Of a DNA stretch of 64,000 nt, positions 62,701-64,000 are shown piece by piece. The notes under the pieces are model-generated. The model had not been told where the DNA came from. It did not search any database and saw nothing but the letters and a program-made list of their open reading frames with translations. Location: positions 81,098,001-81,162,000 of the forward strand of contig NC_058368.1 of assembly GCF_018350175.1 (NCBI RefSeq), given 5' to 3'. Both the position numbers and the translations under genes were made by a program. Every line of letters starts with the position of its first letter. Positions within the stretch are counted from its first letter, which is position 1. This DNA is from Felis catus (Eukaryota).

Positions 62701-63429
62701 TAGTTTCTTGTCCTCCCCTGCAGACATTAGAATCAGACTGTGATGCCCAGTACTCTACACACCTACGTAGGCATTTACTGGTGACCACATACGCATGAAA
62801 GTGTCGCTGGGCCCGCCAGCGCAGCACAGGTGCAAAGAAAACTTCTCTATTTCTTATTGAATCTATAAATTTTCAGGCTGAGTTTTTTTCTTGTTCAAGA
62901 TCGGAACTAAATATAGGCCGTCCTTGTCTAAATTTGGTAGGCTGAATCTCTTTACTCAAGTCTGGGTCTTGTGGCTATCACCAGCCAGCACTCCCCACCG
63001 AGATTCAATGACGCAGACCTTTTGATGTGAGCTGAAATAAACTGCCCTCTCTCAGGGCTCAAGTCTGGGAACAGGAAGGAAAGAAGGGTGGACACCATCT
63101 GTGAAGAGGAGAGGGAGAGAGCACCGAGGGGGACAGGATGGGTCATGTACCTGGTAGCTTACTCTTCTGAAGAAATGTGTGAAAAACAGAGAAAACAGAG
63201 AATCAAAAACAACTCTGTATATGTGGTGGAAAGACAACACGGGCTAGGAGAACTCTTTGATCGACTCTGGGAAGAACTGAGAATTGAGAATAATTTAATA
63301 AACACCCCCCAAGGCAAGCCATTAGCCTTGGGCATGGAGCTAATAAGAAGTACTTACAACTAGGTTTAGTGCCAAGTAATAGAGACTAAAAATAAAATAA
63401 GAAGAGAGAAGAACTCTTTACAGATTTCT

Positions 63430-63730
63430 GCTTTATCATGCCTGGTGTTGGCCTTGCTGTCACGGTCCAAAATGTCTGCTGGGGCTCTGACATCAAACTC
63501 GTGTTCCAAGCTGCAGGCTGGAGGGGCGATAGAAAAAAGGTACACTCCTTCCCTTTCAAAGACACTACATGGAACCCTTATATTTCATGGGGAAAACCTT
63601 GCTCACATGGCCACACAGTTGCAAGGGAGTCTGGGAGATATTGCCACACTGTGCCCAGCCAAAAATCCTGGTTCAGTTAATTTTAAAAAGAAGGAAAGTG
63701 GAGATTTGGCCAGTGACTTTCAGCCTCTTC
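63430..63730 (-). mobile_element. MLT1J-like LTR
   Basis: CAAAATGTCTGCTGGGGCTC…TCACATGGCCACAC…TGCAAGGGAGTCTGGGA…TGTGCCCAGCCAAAAAT. Confidence 0.7.
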
Positions 63731-64000
63731 CCCCGGAAGAACCCCTAAGCAGGTGACCTTGTATGAAACACAAGGACATCCTTCCTGGGGCCTAAGCATC
63801 GTTGAATATGAGTCCTCACGGGCATGATGGCAGGAGGGAAACAGGAGTGTGGCTGTCAGAAAAATCTCTCTGGTGATGTCATGTAGGGAGATCAAAGACC
63901 AAAACGGTGCCATGTAACCGTGAGGTGATCGGCCATCCAAACAGGATGTTACATTAATGTAATACAAGTTAATAAGAAGGTGTGGGGAGGAGACTCGACT

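Noticed and set aside
1..64000. Naming the host gene or locus
   Set aside because: No recognisable exon; any assignment would be a guess without an alignment

Overview
Mammalian, almost certainly felid (cat-family) genomic DNA: it carries multiple CAN-SINEs of the SINEC_Fc type and carnivore/felid L1 3' ends. I find no convincing protein-coding exon; the ORF track is explained by GC-richness, simple repeats and transposon remnants. The window looks like a GC/CpG-rich intergenic or deep-intronic region. It contains young and old TEs (SINEC, L1, L2, MIR, MLT1 LTRs, Charlie1, Tigger2, MER82-, MER3- and MER63-like), a 35-nt U2 snRNA retro-fragment, micro/minisatellites, and several AT-richer non-repetitive islands with homeodomain/TALE/T-box motifs that may be enhancers. 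The host locus could not be identified from sequence alone. Repeat family names come from recalled consensus sequences, not from a database search, and boundaries of old elements are approximate. I see no well-supported novel biological system. The most unusual observations are two L1-SINE chimeric insertions whose junctions fall at essentially the same L1 ORF2 position, a twin-primed L1, an exact 45-bp dispersed duplication, and apparent local AT-to-GC conversion of old repeats.
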